Positions 38,847-51,600 of a DNA stretch of 64,000 bases are shown piece after piece. The notes beneath the pieces are model-generated. The model was given only the letters and a program-made list of their open reading frames with translations, was not told the origin of the DNA and did not search any database. Source of the DNA: Trichoplax sp. H2 (lineage: Eukaryota); the NCBI GenBank assembly GCA_003344405.1, contig NOWV01000234.1:1-64000 (forward strand), given 5' to 3'. The first letter of the stretch is position 1; every line of letters begins with the position of its first letter. The position numbers were made by a program, and so were the translations under genes.

Positions 38847-39870
38847 TATTATTAATGCTAGAGGTTTAGTTTATCCTGTATCATAATACTTACGTTATCA
38901 AATTAATTTTACCTTGCTGTAAATATAGAAATTGTTGTTAAAGTGATTAAAGCTAATATCTACCCCTAATCGAAGCTACTATTAGTGAGAAATTGAATCA
39001 TTTATTTCTATGTAAATGGCAAAGTATTAAGATACTATGAATCGTATACAATTCGAATTGACTGAGATAGTGGAATAAAATATGTAAAAATTGGCCAAAC
39101 ATTAGCATCAACGTTCCCTTAATTGATTGGTGCCTCGTATATTGACAGAATGAACGTAATCTCTACCCTAAGGGTGCTTTTAAAAGATGTTTACGTACTT
39201 GAGAGAATTTGATTCCTATTACGTAACGATGACTTCCAAGGTTGTAAATAAATAGGTAGATTCTAAGCTTGAAATAAACAAATAAATTCGTCCCCAGATC
39301 GATTTCTAGGAATCGTTTCATTGACGATCCGTAAGATCCATCCTAATGCAAGCATGAGATATTCTATCGCGAAGAAAATTGATAAACTGTGAAATAACAA
39401 GGTCGATTGACGGAATTTCCGATAGTTTCATTGATTACGTTAGTAGAAGGCGAAGAATAGCTTACGAAATTTGGCAATTACCCAATTTACTTCTCTGTGA
39501 GAAAAGAATCCGTCAATATATACGATAGTGTATAAGAAATACAAATTTCGCCATTGCATTGCGTTATTATCAATAAAGGTAAATTCGATTTTCAGTATTA
39601 CTAGTAGGAGAATTTTTAATAACTTGAAGTAGTATAACAGTTACTCAAAAATGTATCGATTTTCCTCGTATAGTTGCTAAAATACTTAGCTGTTGTGCTA
39701 ATATTTTTCACGGAATTATCGGTAGATTAGATACGTAACTCACAATTGAACACAGTTATGATTCTCATTATGTAAACTTAGGTTAGAGATTTAATTTTGA
39801 TACATAAAATTCTAACCTAGGTTTACTCAGCAAGCTACCGAAGTACGGTAAGAATATCTTAGGAATCGAT

Positions 39871-42800
39871 ATGGGTAACGACATAAATAAGTTTGACAAA
39901 ATTGGTTCAGAAAATTTAGATCCTCTATACCAATTTGCTGATCACAAATATAAGGGTGGAGACTTACGAATGGCGAAATACTATTATAAATTGATCGTTG
40001 AGCAAATACGGGCTAAAAATAGTATAAAAAACGGATCAGAAGAACTTTTAACTAAGACTTATTATTCGTTATCCAAAATTTATTTACAAGAAAAGAAACT
40101 CTCTGTAGCGGAAAAATATAATCGAAAAGCGGAAGCATACGCTCTAAAATTGGAAGATCAAGCTCGAGTGGCCGAAATTTTAGATATGCGAAGTGACATT
40201 AGAAGGCTTGAAGGCAAATATATTCAAGCCATTGATGATTTGAAGAAATCACTCTCCTTGAAATTTCAACTAGTAGGAACCAATGATAGATCGACCAGTT
40301 ACAGCTATCATAAATTGGGAAAAGTTTATTATTCGCAATCGAAATATGAAGTCGCTTTGTCGTTCTACCGTAAAGCTTTGGATACTAGGAAAAATTCATT
40401 AGAAGAGAATAATGTAGAATTATATCAAGACATGGGATTTGCTTATTCACGTTTATCGAGATTCAATGATGCTGAAGAAGTGTATAAGGAGGCATTAAAT
40501 ATTAAATTAACCTTGCCTGCATATAACGACACGAGTATTGCTAATTCATATTGGTGCTTGGCCGTCATTTACTATCGCCAATCAAAATATGAAATAGCTC
40601 TAACAATGAATCGAACTGTTTTAGAATTGAGGATAAAAAGTCTTGGTGAAAGTCATCCTAGTGTTGCTAAATCGTACTATCATCTTGGGCTTACTTATTC
40701 TAAACTAAGCAAGTATAACGAAGCCTTGGATATGCATAAGAATGCTTTACACCTTCGGTTACATATTGGGAAAGAAAATCAAGTGGATGTTGCCTTGTCC
40801 TATGAGAAATTAGGCGTTAACTATGATCACCTCTGTCGATATTCAGATGCAATCTCAGCTTTTGAAAAGGGCTTGAACATTTTGCAAAAACTATATGGAA
40901 ATCAGCACATAAAAGTAGCCACCAGCTATAATAGTCTTGGAATAGTCTATTGCCGTCTAGGACAATATGGCAAGGCACAAGATATGTATCATAAGGCCAT
41001 GCATATTTTAATTAATCTAGGTGGAGGAAACTACGCTCAGATAGCTACCATATGCAATAATATGGGTAAAATTTTCAATGGCCAGCATAAACAGGATTGC
41101 TATTTTCATTTTAATGACACAAATAGTATTCTGCTTGAAAGTCATAAGAGCAATGTTGTAGATCAACGGCCGAAATCCTATCCAATTGAAATAAAATCTA
41201 AAAGTTACGGTAAGTCTAAATTAAATCGTTTGGATGTTTCTTAGTCCTATTGTTTGTTGATTCAATGTTATATTTATATTATAATCAATACTAAAGATTA
41301 GTGCTGATATTTTAACACTAGAAAGTACAGTCGAATATTGTACGATGGAATCAGAATTTCACGAAGATGAAGAATCATGTATGTGAGGGCTTTAAAGCTA
41401 AGCCAGCTATGCTTATATTTTGAGATATTCTAATTATCATTTACGTTTGCACATTTTTATGGATAGTTAAGGTATTTCTTAGCACCAGATTAAGCAATAA
41501 TATAGAAATTATTTGCAATATTATTATTTTAGCATTTGATACCTACAAAAAGATGCAAGGAGTTAGTAGCGTGGGAAGTCTAGATCCCGATACTGGAGAG
41601 CATAGAGGTAATATAGAAATTTCATAATATAAAGTTTGTTACGTTTACTTTAGTGTAAGAAATAATTATCGTAGCAAATGAAATTTAAAATTTAATTCGT
41701 TTCAAATGATACTGTAAGAGTTTTAAAATAGATTGCTGAACAATGTATTTAACCTTGTTTATTTGCTAGCCAGCAGAATGTAAAGTTCATTAACTAAATA
41801 CATGGCTTGCTGTTAACAGTAGTTAATGTTTGAGTAAAGGGCTATCGAACTAACTCACTATCATAATAGATCAGGGCTAATATGCGCGTATATATATAAT
41901 CTACAAGTATATATCATGGCTAACTTACTATCATAATATTTTCAAGTAGAAGAGATATTACTGAAGTACTATTAAGCTGTTACGTAGATTATTAGTGTAA
42001 GAAATAATCACCTTAGTAAGTGAAAATTGAAAGTCCAATTGGTCCTAAAAGATGCAATACGTGCATATCAATGGATCGCTTAATGATATACTGATCTTGT
42101 TTATTTGCTGTCTTGATAGCTGCAGAATGTAAATTTTATTAAGACACAGTACATCATTTTCTTAATACTTCACTTCATCTTTTTCTATTCATAGGAATTC
42201 ATATTCAAGAAAAGGACTATTTTCAAGCTTACGTCAAGGCGTTAAGGGAAGGCGAATGTCGAAGTAGTTTTATACGAATTATGATTTTTGGCCCTCCCAA
42301 TGTTGGTAAATCGTCTATTATGAAAGTATTTACAGAACAGGGACTTATTCACCATGCAAGCAGGACCAAAATTGCAGAAAATACCAATAAAATGGTCAAT
42401 CAAATATTTTATAATATCTGTGATAAAACCGTATGTAATTATCGTAATATACTGGATAAAAAAATTCTCGACACTGTGGAAAAGATCGATCAGCAAAATC
42501 TCATGACAAATCATGATGGCTATTTCAAGGATAGTCAAGTATTCGATCACTTACCATCATGGTCCTCATCGAATGAGGAAATGGAATCACCGATCGCAAT
42601 AAATAAAATGCAACATCATTTAGGTTTAAAATCATCTGTAACCGACAGTAAACAACCTTTAGAAGAGATGCTTCATTTAAATAGTCAATGTAACCCATTA
42701 GATAAAAGTATAGATAGCTTAGAAGAATCTGGTTTCCATTCACAATCGACAGATAGTTCTCCTATGGCAAATAATTTCTTACAGATTTACAAAGAATTCT

Positions 42801-45543
42801 ATCAGCGCCGTTTGCAGATAGCTGATTTGGCGGATACTGAAGACTGCCAATATGGGAAATTGTGGGATTTTGGTGGCCATTCTATCTATCACGTTACTTA
42901 TCAACCTTTCATGTCAGCTAACAGTATCTATATTCTTGTTTTTAACATTACTCAAGATATCAACGATAAAATAGTGAAAAGAGATGGCTTGATTAGCGAT
43001 ATGACCTATTTACAAGCTGTACAGGAATGGTTAACTTCTATTATTGGCATAAATAGCAGCCGAGAAAAGATCCAAGTAAAAATCGATCAGCAAACAGAAG
43101 AATATTCCCTGCCAGTCGTTATTTTAGTTGCCTCTCATGCAGATGAGATTGAAAGAGAAGGGCAACGAATCAGAACATTTAAACGATTTGAACAGGCTCT
43201 TATTTCAAATTTACCAGAGTATCGATGCAATATTTATTCTTCTCAAATTATATTTAACTGCAATCCAAAAGATAATTGCCAGTCTATAGTCAAACAACGA
43301 CAAGAATGCTGTCGCCGTTTACATCATATCATTAATAAGCTTGTAACATCAATATCGTTCATGTGCAATGCAGTCCCAATTCGATGGTATGTTATGGCAA
43401 AAATTCTGCATTTAATAGCCAATAAACAATTAGAGCAAGAGGCTAGTAGTGCTAGTAGCAATGGTCTACAAAAGGGTCGAAAGATTGTAAAGGAGGAAGA
43501 AGTGCGCCAGTTGGCACGAGATTACGGGCTGTATAAAAATCATGAAGATTTACACTCTATGCTGCAGTACCTACATGATCTCGGCGAAATTGTCCACTGT
43601 CCTATAGGAATAGATGATGGGATTGTTGTGCTAGAAGTAGATTGGTTATTAAATATCTTTCGTGAAACTATTCATCTAGGTACATGTTTATCTAGAAATG
43701 CAGGTGTAACTTATGATTATCAGCAAGCGCCTATCACTGGTAAGATATCTAAGAGATATATTGATTATAAACTACAAGGTTTCAATTTAGATGAGCATGA
43801 TAAGAAATTGGTATTGAAATTAATGGAAAAGTATGATATCATTTGTCCAATTCAATTTGATGATAGACAAAATTCATTACATCAATATTATTTTGTACCC
43901 TATTTGCTTCAGCCTGAAGTAGAATATTTTGATTTAGCAAGATATACTCTATCCGATTGGTTGTATATTGGATACGAGCACAACGATGTTCCATATATCC
44001 CAGATAGCATTTACTACTGCCTGCTTTCATCGTGCTTGAAAGAATGGAATAATTCTCAACTGGAATTACATCATCAGTGTGCTAAGTATTACTTGGAAGG
44101 TAGTTACTACTATATCATTATTAAGAAAGAAAATTCGCATATTGGCCTTCAATATTGTTATCAGAAGGAACATAACCATAAAGATCTTGGTGTCATTATG
44201 GAGACTGTAAAACAATCAATTTGCTATGAACGTCCTCAAGACTTAATAAGAAGGAAGCTAAAAGCGATAGTTAAGCAAAGATTACCTAGATTTAAGAGAG
44301 CAGACTGCCGATTTTATGTCAAATGTACCGAATGTCAACAAATTACTGGTCTAGAGCAAAGTAAAAGATTAAGTAATCCTAGTTTAGTCCATTGTATTCC
44401 ATGTAAGTTGCAATTTCACACTTCATCGATTGATGATTGGATGATTTATCGGCAAGAGAACTTATTAGGTAGGTCTAATCATACTGTATATAGAAATTAT
44501 AAGCAGAGGAATACCAATCTTAGGCAATTCTACTGCTTGAAAAAATAACGTTGTTATAAAGCGTCATTTTTACTCTACCACCTACAATTTGCAATGGAAA
44601 TTCCCTTCAACAATTAAGACAAATTTAGTAATATCTTACTCTAGTCTTGTGCATCTAATCGTTACACAAATTATCTTAATTTCAGGTAGAGAGAAAAGCA
44701 ACGAGGATCGTTATATTCATCATCGTCATGGTTAGTATTGCCATGCACCAATGATGTCAAAGTCCAGCACAAAATTGATACTTCCATTTTTTCTTTATCT
44801 TATAGATGGACTTCCTCTAAATAATCCAAAATTACTCCCTGATGATTCTGGTAAATATTTTATTGACATAGATCCTTCTTTTGGTAAATTTTTGGCTAAA
44901 TTAATTTGCAAATTGGTTTTCATTGTAATAAATTTCTAATGGACAGTTAAGTCGCCTTCATTGGCATGACATAATGAATACAGACTATGCAAACATTGTC
45001 ATTGAAATTCTTTACTAAGCCCGCCAAGTTGTAACGATCATTTTATCATATTGACGATAAAATTCTATTTTGTGCATTAGCTTGATTATTAAATTGATTG
45101 CTTCAATAGTATATTGATATGTATTTACGATATCGTCTCTTTTGGCATAGATCCTAGGAGATATTTTCCAGTGATTGCTAGAAGTATTGGAACAGACTGG
45201 CCTAAGCTGGCAGCTGAATTAGACCCCTATGTCGATATCGATCGTATTAAAAGCGAGAATGTATTAGTATGGGATCAAGCCTTTAAATATTTACAATCAT
45301 GGTACAAAAATTGCTACCAAAATGCCTCCATCAAATTGCTGAAAAAGGCTTTAAGAAATATTAAGAGAAATGATATCGTGAACTCTGTCGGTAAGTGCTT
45401 CTCGATGTGGTATAATTCTAATGCACGGTTACTGCATGCTTCATTTTGACTTCATTTTTATAGGACATGACTGTCAATTAGGTAGTAAAATACTATGCCC
45501 ATTGCTAGTTCCTTTTGACCTGAGACTCTTTCATAAATCATAG
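39871..45543 (+). CDS. Roco-family protein 2: TPR - Roc GTPase (with large insertion) - COR - C4 zinc ribbon - Death domain; ~1384 aa
   Basis: Predicted exons 39871-41209, 41322-41378, 41533-41607, 42195-44468, 44686-44730, 44806-44850, 45151-45390 and 45464-45543 (last exon least certain), all joined by phase-1 GT-AG introns with an open frame throughout. GPPNVGKSS, WDFGGH, VASHAD and COR motifs are present. The 240-nt exon encodes the death-fold signature IARSIGTDWPKLAAEL..IDRIKSEN..DQAFKYLQSW..ASIKLLKKALRNIKRNDIV. Confidence 0.85.
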
Positions 45544-46631
45544 ACCTATCTGTTAACTTATATGCATAGCCACATCAGGCTATCTGATAAAATGGGATTG
45601 TTTCTCACTTAATTTATATCGGAAGTTAGGTCGTTAAGACATTGTTCTGATTGCTAGTTCCTTTTAGACTGATATTCTTTTAGTCTTTTTCCAAGTTACC
45701 AAACTATCTATTTAATTATATGAATGTCCATATTGGGCTATCTGATAAAATAAGTTTGCTTCTTACTTCATTATATCCATCATAACAAGGTTTATTTCTT
45801 TAAAGAACTAGTTGAGCGGAAGATGGATGATCATCATACGAGATCATTTACTCTATTATGCCATTGAAGAAATGATGAAAGACTGAAAAGCTTACAAAGC
45901 TTACAACGAGATAGTTGACCATAACCTGCCATTAAAATTTTTCCCGAAATAGTCAGAGCTAAGTATTATCTCTAGAGGAAAATTCGTTGAGAAAGGTAGA
46001 GCCTTAGATATCCTGGCGTTTCTGGTTTGGCAACAAACAGTAACAGAATTCCAATTCGAACTCGTTATAGGATAACCGCGATTGTAATTATACGTAACAA
46101 ATCGTTATTGGTAGTGTAAAATTATGGATGAATAAGGTTTACTCTCAATTTACAGCTGTCCAAGCTGAGTTGAAATTAAAATTGAACAAACGACAATTGT
46201 ACTGCAATATTAATAGACTGAAAGGATTAATCATGCTCTGGCTTGATTTTTGCCAGATATCTACTGCATTGAGTAGGCATTTAGGTTTATCTTATACAAC
46301 ATGTTGTAGCTAATAAGAGTAAGATACAGAGTGATAATAAATTTACTTCTTCGCTTCTTTTCAAATCTATTGCAGTAAGTTCACTATTGTAACGTATTGA
46401 TGGTAGATATTACATTAATGCGCAAATAGTACTAGCGATATTGTAATCCTAGACCTAATGAACTATGTTTGACCCTTGTCGAGTGATTTAAGCTTATTTT
46501 TTAATATGTACGAGTTAAGTGTTGTCGATGGTGTTTGATATTAATTAACTACAATATGTGTTACATTAGCTATTAATGTTGATAGAGTATTAAGGATATA
46601 GTTAGAAAATCATCCATATCGGTATTTGTAA

Positions 46632-48164
46632 TATGATGACTGTGTTGTAGATTTGTAATACCGTGCATGATTATATTAGAAAAGGCGGATCGATAATTTA
46701 CTATAGATAACCATATGTTGTAAAGTAAACTATAGCTAGAATAGTTAGTAATTAAATGTATGAGTTAAATGCTACGATCTACAAGGCAAAAAATGTAAGC
46801 TGCAATATCTATAAATACCTGGCATTTTCAATAATAAAGCTTTAGTCGCAAATCTTCCTGGCAAAGTAGAACTCATTGCGTAATAGCAGAACATTAGATA
46901 TATGAGTTAAATGCTACGACCCAAAAGGCGAAAGGTGTAAGCTGAAATATCTATAAATACCCGGCATTTTTAATAATAAAGCTTGAGTCGCAAATCTTTC
47001 TGGTAAAGTAGAACTCACTGCGTAATAGCATAACATAACATACTTTAGTTATGTCATCTTCATTATGGGTTGAAATAAATATTTAAAATGTTACAATTGC
47101 TTATCATAGGGAATAGGACTCTATCGATTCCGAGATTTTAAAATAGTTTTGCACTATCGGGAAATGCATGTGGTTGAATCCAATAGCTGATAAAATACTG
47201 TCATGAATTCAGCTAACTGCAGTAGTTCTGCGCTATCCTACAGATATTTTACTATTACCAAAGATTGGACTACTGGCACTATCGTTAGCCTACTTTTTGC
47301 AGTAAAATCTTCGGTCATACCTTGAATAAAATAGAGGTATAGTGTGTGACTAATAATACGAGTAGAATATCTTGCTTATTATCCTTAGTGTCTAGAGAAA
47401 AAGTTATTGCAGTAAATTACTATCGTGTTTCCTTTGATGCCTTGCTACTAGTAGGATGAAATTGAAATTCAGTACGTTAAGCACCATGGGAAAATGACTA
47501 ATAAAATGGTGGTAATGAGTTTTTAGCACTAATGAAAGAATCCTTTTTTAATCTCCAGTCAGTACTAATAAGATGGAATTCAAACTCGGTTCGTTGAGCT
47601 ACCTGAGAAAATTACGGTACTCATAAAGTCGTGGTAATGAGTTTTTAGGACGAGTGCAGTACTAATAGGATGAAATTGAAATACATGTAGTACGTTAAAC
47701 TACTGAGAAAATTACTTATAAAATCAAGGTAATGAGTTTTAGGACTAATGAAAGAAATTTTTCTTAATCTTTAGTGTAGTACTAATAGCATGCAATTGGA
47801 ATTCAGTACGTTAAGCTCCCAGGAGAAAATTACACATACACGTATAATTGTGTTGATGAGTTTAGAGGCTAATGAAAGAATTCTTTCTTAATCTCCAGCA
47901 CAGTACTAGTAAAATAGAATTGAAATTCGGTTATTTTCTCCTTCAGTTAATCCCAAATCTTCAAGAATAACCTTTCAAAGTTTCAATCATTGATAACACA
48001 TGTTTAGCCTGAAGCAATCGATTTATTGATTGCCACTGATAGACATCAGCTGCAATAGAACTTGTTATTGTATGATCTATATTGATCGAGTACCAAATTC
48101 TTCTTATCCATGCTTTGACAATTCAATTTGTACTACGCCCTGTACATTAGAGTTATAGAATAAA
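46632..48164 (+). repeat. Block B, full copy: ~144-bp tandem pair plus ~5 copies of a degenerate ~110-bp subrepeat (47440-47930)
   Basis: Matches 21225-22516. Subrepeat anchor GTACTA.TAGGATGAAATTGAAATTCAGTACGTTAAGC...GTAATGAGTTTT. Confidence 0.9.
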
Positions 48165-48677
48165 TTGAAATTTGAAAAATGATCTAGTTAATTTAGGCGA
48201 AATAGCATAGATATGTGTGTTATATTTATTATCTCTTTATATTGATATGGATTATCGATGAATTGCTTGAACTAGGGATAAACTTGTTAAAGTAGACTCT
48301 TCTACTGATCGTAAAATGAATGAAATCGAGATTTAACATTTTAATTAATAACTATTTTCATAGTAGAGAACGCAATGATTTCTATAAGTACATTATTCAA
48401 TTAGCTATAGCTATTTCAATGACGAAATAGGACAGCCAATTTAATTTTACACAGTTCATTTTTAGAAGTTATATTCAATTTTTCCAAATCAATGATTAAT
48501 TATTAATACATTAATGGAAATTTTCATCTTCAACAAATGGTATAGAATTGGAAAACACTGCTTTCATTAAATAAGAATTTCCATAAATTGGATATGAATA
48601 GACATCAACCATCGATTGATTTTCTACATCGATGTAAAAAGCTATAAATGGTAGCAAACGGATTGCAATATCTTATT

Positions 48678-51600
48678 TTATAAGTTAATCTCTTCTAAAT
48701 CATCATCGAATCCGAAATCTTCTATAGCTGTTTTATTGCTTTTGGCAATGATATTATCGTTTTTAGCTCGAGGTCTACCTAATGTTACTCGGTCTCCATT
48801 GGATTCTTTTTTACCCCAGGGATATGATTTAGATTGATTTTCAGATAGATCAAAAGGACCATCGTCGTCATTTTTATCGTCTATGGATTGGATTGCGGTC
48901 GTTGTTTTAGAGCTTTTATTGGGCTTAGCATGGAAAAAATCATCGTCATTATCGCCAAAAACCGAGGATGATTTACTCTTGTTGTGATCGTTTCTTGATC
49001 CGCCTTGTGGGGAATCAAAGAGACCATCGCGATTTCGACTTTTTCCTCTTGAGGTAGGATTACTCCTATTTGCTGGTATTTGAAATGGATTCTCATCGAG
49101 ATCATCATCATCATCGTCATCATCATCATCTAATAAGATTGTATCCTTTTTGCTCGTTGTATACGATTTCTTTGGTTTTGTATCGAGTAGGAAATCTTCA
49201 CCATCGTCTCCACCACCGAAAACATCGATTGGGTCATGATTACTTGGTGTCTTGTTAGTATTGCCATAAGCTCGACGTCCATGAATTGGTTTTTGTGGAA
49301 CTCTAGGGGATAAATCTTCATCCATGGCTGAATTCGGTTTACTACCTTGCTTGCTGTCATTGGAATTGAGTGTAGTCGATTTGGAGCTTTTACTATTTTT
49401 AGTGCCATAGTAATCGTCGTCTGTTGATAAGGCTGGACGTCCTTGATGGAGGTTTTCTGTTTTAAAATTGGCTTTATGGCCACTTTTAATTGCATGATCA
49501 TTGCCAGTGCCTCGGCCAGAATCGTCATCAATTTGCTCTGGTGGCGATGATAGAGTAATTTTATCTCTTATTGTATCATTTTTATACGTTTCGCTTGCTC
49601 GTAAACGTGCCAAGAGTTCATCTTTTTTGCGGCGTTCTTCAGCCGCTTTTTCTGCAGCTAAGCGCTCTTCTTCTTGGCGCATCCTTTCTTCCTCTACTTG
49701 TCGACGTTGTGCATCTTCTTCGCGTTGTCGTCGCTCTCGTTCTTCTCGTTGTCTTTTTTCTTCTTCATCTATTTGACGTCTCTCGTCTTCCAATCGGCGC
49801 CTTCTTCTTTCTTCTTCTTGCCTTTCAGCTTCTAATTTTGCTCGTCTTTCTTCTTCATCACGTCGTAACTGCTCATCATGGCGATATCGTCGCTCCTGTT
49901 CTAATTTTCTCTGTTCATCTAATTCTTTCTGCCGCCTCTTCTCTTCCTCCTCCTTCCTTCTTAATTCTTCTTGGCGTAACTTTTCTTCCTCTTTTTGTTT
50001 CTCCTTCTCCTTGGCTAAACGTTTTTCAATCTCTTCACGTTCTTTCTGGATATTATGACTGCCATGTTTTAACGAAGTACTTAATATCGAATCAATCGTG
50101 TCTTTCTCGCTACGATCTGTTAATAATTTACCATTGCCCTTAGATTGCCTAACGCTGTAAATATTGAGTAGGTCTAATTCTCGTTCTTTTTCCTGTCGGA
50201 GAAAAATCAAATAAGCAATGGTTACATTTCATGATGATGTTGAAGAATAGCGGAAGAAGTAACATATCTTGAGTTGATCCTATACTGTAATTTTATACTA
50301 CGCGTAAGTTGCCTTGATAATTATTTTGATTCTCAGGGCTAGTTTATGACAGCTTATTCCATGCTACGGTATCACTCTGCAGCTTATTTAGATAGAATGC
50401 ATTTGCAAAGTGTTTGTTGTAGAGGCAGCTAATATTACAAGTGTTGCATAATCGTGTAAGGGCTAGTGGAAAGGAATGAAGATTTAGTAGGAACTGATGA
50501 AGGTTTGTAGCAAGTGCAATAGATTGGATATCCTTCTAAGCAGGGTTCTATTCTACTTCATTCTTGGTTCAGGAGCAATTTATAGCCGCTGTATCTTCAT
50601 TTAAACTTCGACCTTCTCATCAATTCAATAGAATCACGAATTATATTTCTATTCCATGTTGGAAAATTATCGAGTGGGGCTGTATAACTACAACTTTTAA
50701 AACAGTAAGAAAGACTTTAATAAATGGATCACTTGGTCTTAATTGATTGCACAAGGTTATCGTAATACTGCTCATGGATTGACTGAGGCATTTTACCTAC
50801 TCCTATAGCATGCCTGATCAAGAAATGAATTTACTAATAAAGTAGTGCTATATCTTTGACTTACTTTTAATGCATGTTGTAGTTGCCTGTTCTCTTGAAG
50901 GGCGGAATCAAGTGTTTGTTGAGTATGTTTAAATCGCTTGCCTTGTTCTTTCATATCTCGGTTTTTAAAATTAATTTCAAGTTCTTTCGATTTTTCTAGA
51001 TCCTGTATTAGATTAAGGGATATGATTCAATTAAATTGCGGTAACTTATACCAGGCTATATTTTAATATAAAATGCTAATGTCTAGAATCATTTTACAGC
51101 AAGGCATTGATCGCATATTTCACTGCGACTGTTAGCATTCACAATCTCGATCTATCAAACATGGAATTGCGATAGACTTTGCCATTAAATTAAGAAGGTT
51201 TGTCTTTTAATATGCGAAGCTAATATTATGCCACTGCTGCAGCGCTTAATTTTATCCTGTAATTAATCTGTGGTTTAGAATTGAAACGCGATCGATCGTG
51301 AACTAGAGAGGCTATCTGGACTTTGCATTTAAATCCAGAAATAAATATTGATTGTGTTTAAATATTGGATGATCTGATTCGCTATGGTACCGCAAATTAT
51401 CGTTAATATGAATAATTCAATGGGTGAATAAAAAACGATTACCGATGGAATAATCATGTTCCTACTAATAGTCTAATACGAGTATTGCATTAGCGTAGAA
51501 TAGCGTAATTAAAAAAAAAAATCAAGTTACACTTATGATGTTGATTAGACTAACCATGATTTTCTTGTCTCTGTCTGCTAATTTCTGTTTAAGTTCATCT

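Noticed and set aside
48881..50143. Alternative-frame and antisense ORFs (poly-M, poly-H, S/R-rich, L/F-rich)
   Set aside because: Shadows of the low-complexity lebercilin exon.
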